This document shows positions 1 to 13,372 of a stretch of 64,000 nucleotides of DNA, piece after piece. How positions within the stretch are numbered: position 1 is the first letter of the stretch; each line of letters opens with the position of its first letter. The notes below the pieces were generated by a model. It saw only the letters and a list, made by a program, of their open reading frames with translations. It was not told the origin of the DNA and did not search any database. The position numbers and the translations under genes were made by a program. Origin of the DNA: Octopus vulgaris (lineage: Eukaryota); the NCBI GenBank assembly GCA_951406725.2, contig OX597830.1, positions 4,960,001-5,024,000 on the forward strand, read 5' to 3'.

Positions 1-513
1 AACTTGGGTTTGTATAGGTTTCATTGGTAAGAAGGAAATGCTAGGTGTCTGTGATGCTGACTTAGAATTTAGGAAAGTGATTAATAATATTGTGATGGGT
101 GAGGTGGTATGGATTATGAGTGGAGGAGAGGCAATAGGTATAGTAGACTGGATCATAGAGTATATTTAGCTTTCTAGAAGTAATGAAAGTAGAGTATTAT
201 CTGGTGAGAGGTCTCTAACACATCTGTGGATAATGACTGTGAATGGAACATTAAAGAGGCTAGCACAAATGTGTGCATTATATTAGTTAGAAATAGCAGC
301 AAAAAGACCAGTAGTTACAGACAGTGGGGAGACTGGTGATAGAACTAAAATTTGAAGTACATCAGAGCTTATGGAATGTGTATCAAAGGTTGTCATGTCA
401 GTGCACACAGCAATGGAACGGTCTGACAGGAATTTCTTTTCCAAGAGTTAATACCAAGAAGTGGGGAACTTAGTTCAAAGGTTTATTACCAGAGACTATC
501 AGTGGTTTTGGTT

Positions 514-739
514 AGCTGGCAGAATTGTTAGCACGTTGGGCGAAATGCTTAGTGGTATTTTGTCTGCCGCTACATTCTGAGTTCAAATTCTGCCGAGGTT
601 GACTTTGCCTTTCATCCTTTCGGGGTCGATTAAATAAGTACCAGTTACACACTGGGGTCGATATAATCGACTTAATCCGTTTGTCTGTCCTTGTTTGTCC
701 TCTCTGTGTTTAGCCCCTTGTGGGTAGTAAAGAAATAGG
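514..739 (+). mobile_element. SINE family A (tRNA-derived head, Nin/Deu-like central domain)
   Basis: agctggcagaa A-box, gagttcaaattc B-box, gactttgcctttcatcctttcggggtcgat core; more than 12 copies in the window. Confidence 0.85.
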
Positions 740-1054
740 TACATGCAAAATAGTTTACATTCTTTTAATAAATTTCAGTAATTTAATTACATCCACCAAT
801 GAAAAATATTTGGAAGAGTAAATCCATAATGCATAGGTGACAGGACTGAAAACACCGTTATTACAAATACAAGTTTTTAAGTAAAAATGCAAAACTAACC
901 TTACACATGGTTTATGAAGGGAAGGCTACTGATATTTTGATCGAGGGTTTGAGATATTTTTCACAAATTTTTATTTAGAAAATTATCTGCTACTTTTCTC
1001 ACCAGGAAATAACTACTATTTTGGAAGAATTTCAAGATTATAAAATTTAAACAT

Positions 1055-1455
1055 CGGCATAACTATGTTGTTAGAAAGTTTGTTTGGCATTTCCATGGTT
1101 TCATGTTTTTAGCATCACTGCTTTAGTTGCACATCGAGCAAATGTCATTTATTGCCCAATGCCATGAGAATGAACTCAGTAGAGAGAAACTGAATGAAGC
1201 TGATTCTGTGTGTGTGTATGTGTGTGTGTGAGCATGCATGTGCAACTGTTTGTAAATTTTGATATTTTGCTTGTGACCGAGTAAAAAACATTGGCATTGT
1301 GGTTGGTCATTCAGTGATTTTCAATACCTGTGAAATATCGAAATCTCTTACTGAAGAAACAGATGAGTATCAGTGATGGGAAAAGAGTCCAGCTACGAAA
1401 TCCAGCTTCAAAGTCACTTGTCATCAAAGCCCTACAAGCATCGGAAAACAGATGT
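1055..1455 (+). mobile_element. Degraded SINE family B-related copy
   Basis: Patchy similarity to 26973-27350, internal (GT)n. Confidence 0.5.
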
Positions 1456-1559
1456 ACAAAAAGAAAGAAAGAAACAGGATATTGTTTACTGACCAAGAAA
1501 CATATTTTTTAGAATTAACTGGATCCATTGCCACTTCAATAGATCTATGAAATTCTTGG

Positions 1560-2100
1560 TTATACTATTTAAAGAAATTTGACATTATGTTGTTTGAGTT
1601 ATGAATTTTATAAACTAACCTCTAAGCATCAGCCTGGAGACCTGGAGAGAGATGGAACCATAGATCAGAGTGAAGGCTTACAGACAAATAAAAAAAAGAG
1701 ACAGGAAAAAGGGCATGTCTCTATTATTGAATTAACATGAGATCTTAGCTGTTCTTTAATCATGTCTGAAATAAGAGTTCAACTGCTATAAATCTTCTCA
1801 TATTATGTAACTGGAAATCTGAAGAAAATACGTTTGTACTGAGTGAATTGGGTGGCATCATCAGCATACCATTTCTTTTGATATTGGAATTATGGTTGAA
1901 GGATTAGTCTGGGAATATTTAACACATTTTCGTTTTGCATTTGTCCTTGATAAAACTCATTGATAACTTGCCTATTTGTTTTGCTAATTACATCAATTGT
2001 TACTTGTGTAAAACAGCAATCTAATCCTTCTGCAGAATTACTACCAACCAACTGGCAAGTGGAAAGCTGAAGGTTATTCACTCTAATTGGAAATATAAAA
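1560..2100 (-). mobile_element. Highly degraded non-LTR reverse transcriptase fragment (L1/Tx1-like)
   Basis: Minus strand reads KKWYADDATQFT near 1840-1878, preceded by SAEGLDCCF..DVISKT..QVINEFYQGQM, resembling the GPDG..FY..LxxVxN segment; stops and deletions. Confidence 0.5.
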
Positions 2101-3384
2101 AAAAGATCAATAATCAATCAATAAATGGTCTGAATTCAGCAAGAGACGGAGAATAAAACAAAACATCTTATCTGATAATTGACGTAGTTCTATACCAAAG
2201 CCAAAAAAAATAAAAATAAAAGTAATTTCTTAATTAATGTCTATTGAGGATCAGATCTACATAATTCTCCCTCTATGTCTCTACTCAACAATATCACGGT
2301 CACCAGTGATACTAGTTCTTATTATAACTTTTAACATTACTTATATTAAAATTAGTTTTTCTTCTATCATAATACATGTAATTAGTATTACTATTCTGTG
2401 CCTGCACTCCACAATAAACTCAACTTCCATTTATAGTTGTTCGGATTAGTAACACTACAGTACCATTATATATGTAATGTTTGATTTTTTAACCTTCTAT
2501 AGTAACAGACATCATTGCAAAATTTTCTATACCAATTACCAGAATTGTGGCATTTCACTGTAGTTTTCATTTCAATTGTTACATTACATTGTCTTCCTAT
2601 CACAATTATTGTAGACTTATTTTTTGATATACCGAACTTTGATATCAGCAAAGCTGTCTTTATATGAATCATCAGCTTTTATACATTGTTGTGACATTTT
2701 ACTTTCCTAGTAAATATACTTCAGAGGCTGACTTCTAAATCTATATCTGCTTTCCTTCTTCATGTTGCTATTGCACTTAATACTTATCTAAATGCTGAGA
2801 AATGAGATTACTTATTTATTTCACCATGCTCATCAAATTTCATCATGTAATTAATCTTCTTCATTAACTATTATCACTTTCGTGATTCAGACTCATCAGT
2901 TTAACATCAACCTTCACTACTTTGCCCTACATTTTTCTGGATCTCTCCCATCGCACAGGTTCTGACCACATTAAGCAATTGGCATTTCTTTGTAAGGTTG
3001 CGTTTATCCATTCATACAACGTACCCTTACCAATGCAGTCTTCTGTTTTTGATGAATGTAACAAAAAAAATTTACTTTTTATTTTACTGCTCCAACTGTA
3101 TCACTTCATTTTTCAACTTAAAACGAATTTATATAACGGGACAGAATTCCTTAGGAAACTCATTTTCAACATTGATTTAAAATGTTTTAACTCTTTCTTA
3201 AGTTCAAAATTTCACAACAAATGTAGCTAAAATACAGCCCATAAAAAATGAGTTTTCTTTCTTCTTGTCTTTAAAAGGTTCCTACTCTGAGGTAGCAAGA
3301 TGTGAGGTATCGCTACCTAAAACTCTTCCTATATTCAGAGTTTGTCAATTCCAGGAAGAGATAAATATCACCGAATATACACAG

Positions 3385-4116
3385 CATATAAATATGGCCT
3401 ACTAATAATTTAACACTGTGGGAACACAATAATTCCACAGATTTCCATAAAGTGTCTTCTGTCTCCAAACAATCCTTCAGGCTCAGTAAACATGGTTGGT
3501 CCCATTTGAAAAACAAGACACTGCTCAAAGAGAAAACATAAGGACTAAAAGAAGGTTGATGTGAAAAGTGGAACAAGAAAACAACAGATGAACAAAAATA
3601 GAAAAATAAAGAAAACTAAGAGTTGCACCACCACTTTGTCCATCAAAATTGTAATTATCTAGTTGGTGTAGAGGAGGCAAAAGTCTGCAAAGTTCAATCT
3701 GGAGAGGGTAGTGTCTTCCAGTTAAAAATTTTTACCAACTGCAGGCATATGGACAAATTTCTCTTGTTGAACTGGACGACAACACCCTCTCCAGATTGAG
3801 CAGTTGTCTCTTCCCCATTAAATTATTCTACACCAGCTATACAGGATTATTATTTCAATAGATAAAAGGTTGCAACTCTTTGCTTTATTTCCTTCCTTTT
3901 TCTGCTTGTTTACATTCACATTTTGTTTCCTTGTTCCACTTTTTGCATTAACTTCCTTCTTGTTTTTTTAATAGACCAGTATCCTGTTTTTAAAATAGGA
4001 CTAACCATGTGTATTGGAATTGAAGAATTCCTTGGCGATACAAGGCATGTTACATAAAAATGCTTAATTATTGTGTTTCCACAGCAGGAAACTAATAGTA
4101 GATCATAAAATCTATG
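3385..4116. repeat. Long imperfect inverted repeat (fold-back), about 730 bp
   Basis: Nested arm matches: ctgtgggaacacaataatt/aattattgtgtttccacag, aaaagtggaacaag/cttgttccactttt, aagagttgca/tgcaactctt, tcaatctggagagggt/accctctccagattga. Confidence 0.85.
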
Positions 4117-5228
4117 TATAGTAAATGATATTATATATACACACACCACACACATCTACACATGCACGCACACATTCTCACACACACAAACATCTACACA
4201 TGCACACACACATTCTCACACACACACAAATATTGTTGTGTAAGTATGTATGTATATTCAAAGTTTTATGTTATTTCATAAACAAATTTCTTTCCAGCAT
4301 TTAAATATTTAAATTGTTAATTTTGACAATTATATATGTATCTTCCATCAACTAATGTTAAAACTCAAGATGTTAATACTATCACTGACCTATCTTTAAT
4401 ATAGTATAAACAGTTTCTAGAATTTTCTGCAGCACCTGTTTGTTTTTCTTGCTTTTCATTTTGTTTTTCTGTTTGATTTTCTTAAACTATTTTCATTTTC
4501 CTGATTAAATTTAGATTAGCTGTAACTCACTTTTACAAATACTACATCAATTGTAATTTATAATTACATAAAAAAAAATTGAAAAGAAATACAAATGAAT
4601 GTAAAAAAAAATATTCCTATCTTGCAAACTTCATCCATAATCCACTTCTAAATTCTATAAGAACAGCTTTTTTGTTTTTTTACTTCATCATAAGCTGCAA
4701 GAATGGCAGAATAATTTAGAACAACTGTACAAAATGACTAAGTTTGGTTTATGTAGTCACATATTCTTAAGGTGTAACTCCAAACTTGGTTGACCTGTAT
4801 ATCAAATTTTAATTGATTTAGTGGGAGGAAGAAAAATCAATATTTGTTCTCTATCTTTTTTTTCTTCCAAAGTTTACAATTAAAACTGTTCAGGAAAATA
4901 CAACGAAATTTTTAAAATATTTAATTAAAATCTTGATCAATATATGAATTCTAATTGGTCAGAAGGAGCCTTTCTTTTCTTACTCTTATCACTTACAGAT
5001 GTGTGTCTGAGTCAGTGTACTCATGTATGCATATTATATATATATATACACACACACAAACTATTGAAAAATAATAAATAGTGACAGCCACATCAATATT
5101 CTTTAGTTTTAGACTAAATTAATACCATTATACAATTATTGCACACTTATTTGAGTGAACTACTGAGGTGAAGAGGAATATTGAAAATATATTTTACTAC
5201 TCTTTATATCTGTTTGTGTATTTTACAG

Positions 5229-5414
5229 ATGATAACAAGCAAGTTCCAGTAGCAGAAAGTAATTGCAAAGAGTCAAAGCCGTCATTATCAAAAGTCTGCC
5301 ATATCGAATGTCGAGCACGATGCTTGGCATCCGAATGGAGTGCTTGGAGTAAATGTAAATCTATTTCTTGCATTGGAGATCAGCTTCATCGCAAAAAGCG
5401 ACAACCTTACTCAG
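5229..5414 (+). CDS. THSD7A: THSD7A/B-like thrombospondin type-1 repeat protein, internal exon 1 of 6 visible (186 nt, phase 1 to 1)
   Basis: ttttacag acceptor, G|gtaatg donor; reads DNKQVPVAESNCKESKPSLSKVCHIECRARCLASEWSAWSKCKSISCIGDQLHRKKRQPYS with the TSR WSxWSxC motif. The symbol marks family membership (invertebrate co-orthologue of 7A/7B), not a verified orthologue. Confidence 0.9.
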
Positions 5415-7300
5415 GTAATGCATTTTTACTTCTACAGAAAAATTACAATGGGAATGTTTTGTAAATAAGTACACTTTTGAGAGAGAGAGAGAGAGAGAGA
5501 GTGGCGAGTGTGTGGTGGGATTGGGGTGGAACATTGCTACAGTAGTAAGTTTTATTTTCATGGAGAGAAAGTGAACCCTAATTGAGAATTCTTTGGAAAT
5601 TTAAATGCAATCAGAAATATATTTTCTTCATCACAGTTTCATATTATTAATAACATTTCAATGAAATAGTAATTTCAAATTTCTAATTTCTGTGCATTCT
5701 TTTACATTGCTATTAAAAAAAAAATTTCTTTATTGCGGAGCTGAATAATTAAAGGGGAATTTAATTGAAATACAAATTTCGCCTATGTAAATTATTGATA
5801 CATACACAGCTCAATTAGATTAATATATTATATTTGTTTCCTGTGAAGTTCTCTTTATAAAAGATAGCTGTTTATGCTTTAGATTCATGATGAGAGATGC
5901 ACACAAAGTTCTACAGACAAGCTGTTAGAAACTACCAGCCTCAAATCTATAATTTAGCTTCAATACTGCAGTCACACACAGATTATTCAAACATAAAGGC
6001 TGCATGCAACATCTTTAATGTAGTTGATAAGCCCCCTGTAAGCTATGCCTTTGACGTTGGTTTGATTTGCAGTTAACATATTTTGATGTTCATATACCTT
6101 TTGGATAAAGCATAGATGTCATAACCGCAACTGTAATAACCCGTTAATGGATATATCTGATTTTAAAAAAGTCAACAACTAACTGCGTGTAGCATAAAAT
6201 AATCATTAAAAAAGCAAACCAAAAATTATCTATTTTCAAAGAATCTGGCAGATTTTTAATGCAATTTGAACAATTTAAAAAACTTTAACAGAAAATATGT
6301 AATATATTTTGCATGTATATGTGATATACTGCATTTATTGAATTCTGAAATGGTTTTTAAGGAAATCCCTAAAAGTAAAATTTAATAGATATATACATTA
6401 TTATACATACATTAACATTTGAAGAATATTATGTGTATCAATCAGGAACAGCTTCAACGGGTAAATAAAATTCATTCTTATATTTCTACCATTCCGTCTG
6501 GCAAGTTTATTTCTAAAACTGTTGTACAGCTTCATTACAATATCAATTATAATTTCGTTATGATTATTCATTTAATCAAGATATTTCTTTGAAAGAATTA
6601 TGTTTCTGAGAAACATTTTTATCTATGAAATGTTAAAACGAAAGTAATTTTAAAAGATCAATATTCTTCATTGCTTCAGCTGAAAATAGATTATATTATG
6701 TTAATATTCACATAAAGTTATTTTGAAGCCAGTGGCTCGACAGAATTGGTAGAACATCAGACAACAATCATTTGCCATGTTTCATGGTATTCTTTTATAG
6801 TCTGAGTTTAACTTTGCCTATCATCATCCTATAAAATAAATACCAGTTACATAGTGGGGAAGCTGTTCTCCCCATATTTAGAAAGAAATCCAAATATTCA
6901 TACAATCAGCCTGCCACATTCCATAAATTTTTTATGTTGACCTAAAAGTCCCTTAGATTTGGTAACTGTTGGTGCCTTGGCTAAAATGGGTGTTTAATTA
7001 TTTATACTTTCAGATATTTTTATTAGATCATCATGGAAACTTAGCTCATCTAATCTAAATATGTTCTAAATATCTCAGTAATATCTGTCTTTAATGGCAT
7101 AGTTCCTTCCAAATTTTTGTTCACACCAACCTGTCAGCAAATATATATTCCTGCTACATGAACTCATATGGTAGCCAATATCCATGGAGGAGATTTGTAA
7201 AGCATACTATAAGGTTATTATCCAGATGATATTGAATGTGTTTGTGTGTGTGTGGTTTTCAGTTCTGTAGTCTTGAAGTTATAAGGTTGTTCTCCAGATG

Positions 7301-7303
<3 letters not shown>

Positions 7304-7341
<38 letters not shown>
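7304..7341. repeat. (TA)n microsatellite
   Basis: Direct reading. Confidence 0.95.
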
Positions 7342-7342
<1 letters not shown>

Positions 7343-8227
7343 GGTTTCCATTTCTTTGCTCTTGCAGTTAATAAATAATCAGTAGAAATATATATTATTT
7401 AGCTGCAAATTTATAGTCAATGTTCTTTTGGAAAGGACTTCAGTTATTCGGAGGAAATGAAAAATGATCAATCATATTTGAATATCGATATCTAGTACAC
7501 ATTGCAAAGATTTCATTGTAAACAGTGAGGTGAGCAAGATTATGTTTTTGGATGCAATGAAATTAATATCCTATACAAATACAACAATAGTTGTCAAAGA
7601 CATTGCTGCTATTATGGCTCAGTTAACTGATCAAGTAATTACCAATGTTCGCTAAATTGTCAAGAAAATATTTTGTCTAACTCTTAATCAATACTCATTT
7701 ACATAGGATGTGTAAAAGGGAGAAGCTTTATTGGTTGTGGGAACTCGTTTTAAGTAGTACTCCTTTAGCATATCTCTAATACTATATAATCTTAGCAACA
7801 TCTGGAAGAGATTGTCTAAGAGATTTTACATACCCACACATATATTTACATGTGCGTGTGTGTGTGCATGTATATTAATGTAATTTACTTGTTTGGGAAC
7901 ACAAGTAAAACCTCAATGAAACCAAAGTGTTCAATCCTGTTAAAGCACAATGAATACAATTCATTTTTTTTATTTATAAATCAAATATAACCAATATATA
8001 ATTTGTTTCTTTCAAAACATACTTGATGAACTCAAGAGAGAAAGAGGAAGAGTGTGTGTAGGAGAGAAAGAGAGAATGAGATCATGCGAGTAAAACTAAA
8101 CACACAAATGAATGTTCTCTTGAGGTCATGAAGTACTACCTTTGGAAAGAGCATTGAGTGAGCTAGGAGTACAAGAGAGCATACATTCAGTCAGAAACCA
8201 GAGGTAAACTACATACAATTCAAATGT

Positions 8228-8530
8228 TTATTATACAAGCTGTGTATATTTAATACATTCTCATTCATTCAAACATGTTAAGATATTTGCTACAGTAACT
8301 ATCTTAAAAGAGAAATCCTCCTTAAAGACAATGTGTCTGTAGCTGATGAAGAATAAGAATGCAGAAACACATGTCCTACAGTCCTTCCTCATTCATAGTC
8401 CATTTTGGTTTCCACACACATTGTCTTAAAGGGAGAATTCCTCTTCCTAGAGAGTTGTTGCAAGAAAGGTGTTTCTATGTTCAGGTGGACATGAAATTGT
8501 TAACTATACATAGACACAGCTTTAGACAAC
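8228..8530. repeat. Imperfect inverted repeat enclosing a hammerhead-like motif
   Basis: aagacaatgtgt/acacattgtctt, aagagaaatcctcc/ggagaattcctctt and aagctgtgt/acacagctt arm matches. Confidence 0.7.
8337..8381 (+). ncRNA. Minimal type-I hammerhead ribozyme motif (stem II degenerate)
   Basis: ctgtag CTGATGA agaataagaatgca GAAAC acat GTC ctacag: perfect 6-bp stem I, intact core, short stem III, GUC triplet. Confidence 0.65.
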
Positions 8531-9227
8531 TTGGGACTTCTTAGTATGCCTTTAATTCATATATGTATGAACATGCACACACAACATGTCAGCATATGAA
8601 TTTATACCCATCTAGTTAGGGTTTTGCATTGTCCCTTATTGAACCTTCATCTACTTTGGAATAATTATCTTCCTAAATATTCTAGCCTATTCAGGTTTCA
8701 AAATATTTCAATCTCATCAGGAGGTTGAAATGTTAGCCACTGCAAGCTACTGCTTGAGCACTTTGCATTAGGCCATGAAGGGTCATGGGAGATTCATTAT
8801 AACTGTTAAAATCATTAATGCCAGATTTAAAATTATATATCAATTAAATCCTGGTAGATTTCATGCCTTGTATCACTGCATTGGTGATATGTACTAACCC
8901 ATTCGTAAAGTGCCCAAAATAATCATCATCATCGTCATCATTATTATTATAAATTGTACTGCAATCAATTGATAATCTCTCTAATTTTATTTCTTGGATC
9001 ATGATGGCGCCTCTTTGTAGATGCATGGTCAATGATGACAAAGTGTCATACTGCTATGTCCAACATAACACTTTGGGTCATGAAATTTACAATATTTCCA
9101 GTGCATTTAGTTATGTTACATTGATTATCTCCCTTCCTCAGTATTGAATTTAAGGACAGCTCCACCCAGCAAAAATAACACTTAAGATGATATCTAGGAG
9201 TTACCGACCATGCATTCTAATGCTATG

Positions 9228-9450
9228 CATCATCATCATCATCATCATCATCATCGTCATTGAACATTTGTTTTCCATGATGGTATGGGTTAGATAGTTT
9301 GACTGAGAGCTGGCATACACAGGATTCCATTGTCTGTTTTGGCATGGTTTCTACATCTGGATGCCCTTCATAATGCCAACCCCTTTACAGAGTGTACTAG
9401 ATGTTTTTTATGTGGCACCAGCACCAATAGGGTCACCAAGTACTTTGCAA
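9228..9450 (-). mobile_element. Family C retroposon (RTE-like 3' end with (GAT)n tail)
   Basis: (CAT)n then ttttccatg..catctggatgccctt..taatgccaacc, reverse of 29250-29587. Confidence 0.75.
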
Positions 9451-10838
9451 GACAATCCCCCACCCCAGTTTGGAGTGGGGAGTAGTATTGAGGGAATAGT
9501 TCACATTCACATTGCTTAAAAATCTGTGAATTTGAAAATTATTATTGCAGTTAATTCAGTATGTAATTCATTGAGGTGAGACTTTGAGTAGCAATACCTG
9601 TGTCCATTTGTATTGCATCACTACAATATACTTATGGAGTATGTTTTTCTTTCCATGTTATTCTAAGTTAGTACATGCTAATAAGCAGTTGAGTATATGT
9701 CTGCATAAATGTGCATATACATGCATATATGTGTGCATAAATGTGTCTATACAAACACATGCAATGGAGACCAAATACACAGAGGAACTGAGCCTAAAAT
9801 TACATGGTTGTAAAGTAAATTTTGCAATCACATGACCATCCCTGAGTCTATATCATCTTACGTTTGGCTCTCCCTAATGGAATCATGGGGGTCTGGGTGA
9901 AATGTTGCAACATAAGGCATGCCTTGAGCATTTTTAGAGCTATAGAAGCCATTTCTCTCAATGTCTGACCACAATGGGTTTATTCAAGGGAAAAAGGGAA
10001 GGATTGGTATTTTATTGACCCTGAAAGGAAAAGTTGATCTTGCTAGGATTTGAACTCGTGCAGAGAGTAAGGCATTTCATCTAATGCTTCAATGCCTCTG
10101 CCAGTTGGTTCTCTGATGCAACCCTGCACAAATGTAAAGTAAATGCAATCTTGGCAAGATTTGAACTCAGAACGTGAAATGACAAACTTGGAGGCCTCAT
10201 GCACTTTGTGTACTATTCTCAACCAATTTGGCTCTACACTGCCCTCAATGTGATGACAACAACAACAATAATAATAAATTTAGTGAAAAGAGTTATTATT
10301 TACCCCAAAGCTCTTAATGTTATACGATTTGTCTGCTTCAAAAATCTAATTTACAAAAGAGAAATTGTCAATGAAAACAAAAAAAGACAAAACGAAACGA
10401 AAAATGTTTTCTTTCATAAGAAATGAAAACAAAAATAAAACAATCACCTGCCTTTTCTGTATTCCCCACCTATCTCTCTCTCTCTTCTCTAATAAAGACT
10501 ATTCCTGACAGAGTTTTAAAGATAAAGACAAATACACTTACTAATTACCTCATTTCTCTTCACTGGCTCCTCTTAAGTGGAAGAGAAAAACGAGATATTT
10601 TCTAACCAGACAGGAGAAATATGACTATTGTTTTAACAGATTCGTCTTGCAGCAACAGTAGTTGTAGTAGTGTTTTATTTAACTTCAATTCCAATTAGAA
10701 GAGAAAGAGACGTAATCCACACAGTGTATTTAAGTGTGTGCATGTGTATACATACACACAAATACATATATACAGACACGCATGTATGTATATAAATATA
10801 TATATATATGTACACACATACACACATATGTATATATA

Positions 10839-11051
10839 TTTCTTTACTATCCACAAGGGGCTAAACACAGAGGGAACAGACAAACGGATTAAGTCGATTA
10901 TATCAACCCCAGTGAGTAACTGGTACTTAATTTATTGACCCCGAAAGGATGAAAGGCAAAGTCGACCTCTGTAGAATTTGAACTCAGAACGTAACGACAG
11001 ACGAAATACGTATTTTACCCGGCGTGCTAACATTTCTGCCAGCTCACCGCC
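10839..11051 (-). mobile_element. SINE family A within TA/CA microsatellite
   Basis: Reverse complement of 514-739. Confidence 0.88.
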
Positions 11052-11309
11052 TATACACATACATATATGTATATATACACACATACATATATATGCATGC
11101 ATACACACATACATATATATATACACACACACACATACCAGTACAAGACTGTTCCTGAATCATATTTATTTATGTAATTATTTATAAAATAACAGTAATG
11201 GTATAAGAATAAAAACTCAACTACTTAAAGCCGTTGCAACAGCACAGAAACCAATGTTGTAATTTATAATTAAAGCCTATTTCCCCATTGTCTTGTATAA
11301 ATCTTTACA

Positions 11310-11498
11310 TAACTGGGCCCCACCTGCAAGATCATTTGCTGTTTATCTTGATGTGAGATCACCATGTTGTGCACATGTGGTTGTGATGCATGTGCCTGGT
11401 GTACCCTTAGCAGACGGGTAGTCATGATGGGTATACTGGGCTTCGTATATTTGTACCCCAGTGTCACTTTGATGGCATGAACTGCTCGCTCACTCAAT
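11310..11498 (-). repeat. Interspersed repeat family D (unclassified), inverted relative to 19982-20223
   Basis: Near-identical reverse complement of gtgcatgccatcaaagtgacactggggt..ttgcaggtggggcccagtt. Confidence 0.8.
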
Positions 11499-11509
11499 AA
11501 TAATAATAA

Positions 11510-11927
11510 TCTTTTCTACTGGAAGCACAAGGCCTCAAATTTGGGGGAAGGGATAAAGACAATTACATCGACCCCAGTATGCAACTAGTACTTAATTAAT
11601 CAACCCCAAAAGGATGAAAAGAAAGTCGACTCCAGTGGAATTTGAACTCAGAATTTAAATACAGATGAAATGCTGCTAAGCAGTTCATCTAACATGCTAA
11701 TTATTGTACCAGCTTGCTGCCTTAGTAATGATAATCCTTTCTAAAATAGTCACAATGCCTGAAATTTTGGTGGGGGCAGTTGATTAGATCGACCCCATAT
11801 GCAACTGGTAATTAATTTATCGGCCCTGAAAGAATGAAAGCAAAGTCGAGCTTGGCGGAAATTGAACTCAGAATGTAACCACAGACGAAATACTGCTAAG
11901 CATTTTGTCCACCATGCTAACTGCCTT
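11510..11927 (-). mobile_element. Two tandem SINE family A copies separated by AAT-type repeats
   Basis: Two repeats of gcacaaggcct..tgaactcagaat..ctgcctt. Confidence 0.8.
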
Positions 11928-12717
11928 AATAATAATAATAATTTCATTTATTTGCTACAAAGGTAAAAGACAGACAAAGTGTGGGGTTTTACATATAATG
12001 AAATAATAAAAAAAAAAAGATATCATCTCCATCATCATCTAGCTTGTTGCTGGATGTATCACTACTGTATCAGCTGCTCACTTCCTGCAGCCGAAAATGG
12101 TACTTTCTTTTCAAAGTCTTGAGAACTTTGCAGTTTCAAATACTGATGAGAGAAGAAAGTAGAAATATAGCAATGCTGATAAGAAAAAAAAAATTTAATA
12201 TTTATAAAAGATGTGTTGTTACCAGCCTCAGTAAAAACTGCATTTAAAAGTGTTAGATCAATCAGTGATGACAAAACGCAACAAAATAAAGGGACACAAT
12301 TAGAATACATTTACATTTAACTTCTTGTACTGTTCTAAAGTGGGATAGAGAGGGAAAGAGCTAGGAAGCTTCTAACATTATTATTATTATTATTGAAATC
12401 TGTACACTGAACACAATTACTGGTCTCAGTAAATATTCAAAAACAATTGACATTCCAGTTTTAGTCATAGAATAGCAGTCTTAGCAGATTAGGTGCTTCT
12501 GTTTTAGTGTGTGTGTGTGTGTGTGTGAGTGTGTATCCATTCAAAAACTGACACTTCGGCATATTGTATAGATTAAAAGGGGCAAATAATATCAGGCAGT
12601 CAGTAATTGTTATTAAGGAAACCAAGGTAAACAACTATTCCTTCATTGACATATATTTATCTCTTCCATTGAGGTAATTGAAATGATACAAATCTAAAGA
12701 CTTACAGATAAATATAA

Positions 12718-13022
12718 AAGGGTGGCTCAAAATTTGGGGTCCATCAATCCTGGGTGTCTATGAAGTTAATAGTGGAGGGATGGGGGTAAGGGAATGATCT
12801 GTGTTTTAAATTTGAAAAGATTACTGTGTAAAATATATACTTAGTTTTTTCCTTATTTATTCACTGACAAATTTTAATTAAGAGATGAAACTGGCAAAAC
12901 TAGTTTGTTATTGATAAAATCAGCTTTCTGAGAAGTAAGAAATCTTTTAAATATCCAAACTCATAGGGAAAATTCTTTAAAATAAGAAGGGTCCTTATTA
13001 GTGTAATGGTTGAGAACCACTG
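12718..13022. mobile_element. hAT-type MITE remnant
   Basis: Right end ggttgagaaccactg (CAGTGGTTCTCAACC terminus typical of hAT/Charlie elements); left end degraded. Confidence 0.5.
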
Positions 13023-13163
13023 GTATAAAGGGGCTCAGAATAGAGACTTACCATTGGAAAAAAAAAACTAAATATAAGAAAAGTTTCACTTAATGATTTT
13101 GTTATGTTTTTATACAAATTAACTTTCAAAACCAACTAAATGCGTTTTTTTTTTAAATTTTAG

Positions 13164-13372
13164 GTTATAGAGAAAGAACACTTAAAAGTATATCCACACC
13201 AAATGGAGGAAATGCCAAGTGTCCCACTGTTACAGAAACTCAACCTTGTGATCCAGGTCCCTGCTATTCTTGGAATCTTACTTCATCTAATATTTGTTCT
13301 CTTGACAGTTCTGAACGACTGTGTGGACAGGGAACAAGACACAACAAACTTTTGTGTACTGATGTGCATGGC
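13164..13372 (+). CDS. THSD7A: THSD7-like exon 2 (209 nt, phase 1 to 0)
   Basis: T-rich tract + tag acceptor, gtaagt donor; GYRERTLKSISTPNGGNAKCPTVTETQPCDPGPCYSWNLTSSNICSLDSSERLCGQGTRHNKLLCTDVHG; in frame with exon 1; absent from ORF track. Confidence 0.92.

Noticed and set aside
1-480. Possible decayed Penelope coding sequence (also near 57640-57860 and 23525-23960)
   Set aside because: Motif similarity too faint to call by eye
13161-13170. Exons 2, 3 and 5 begin AG|GT, suggesting recursive splicing
   Set aside because: Regenerated donors (gttata, gttcaa, gtgtgt) are weak and AG|G is the ordinary splice context
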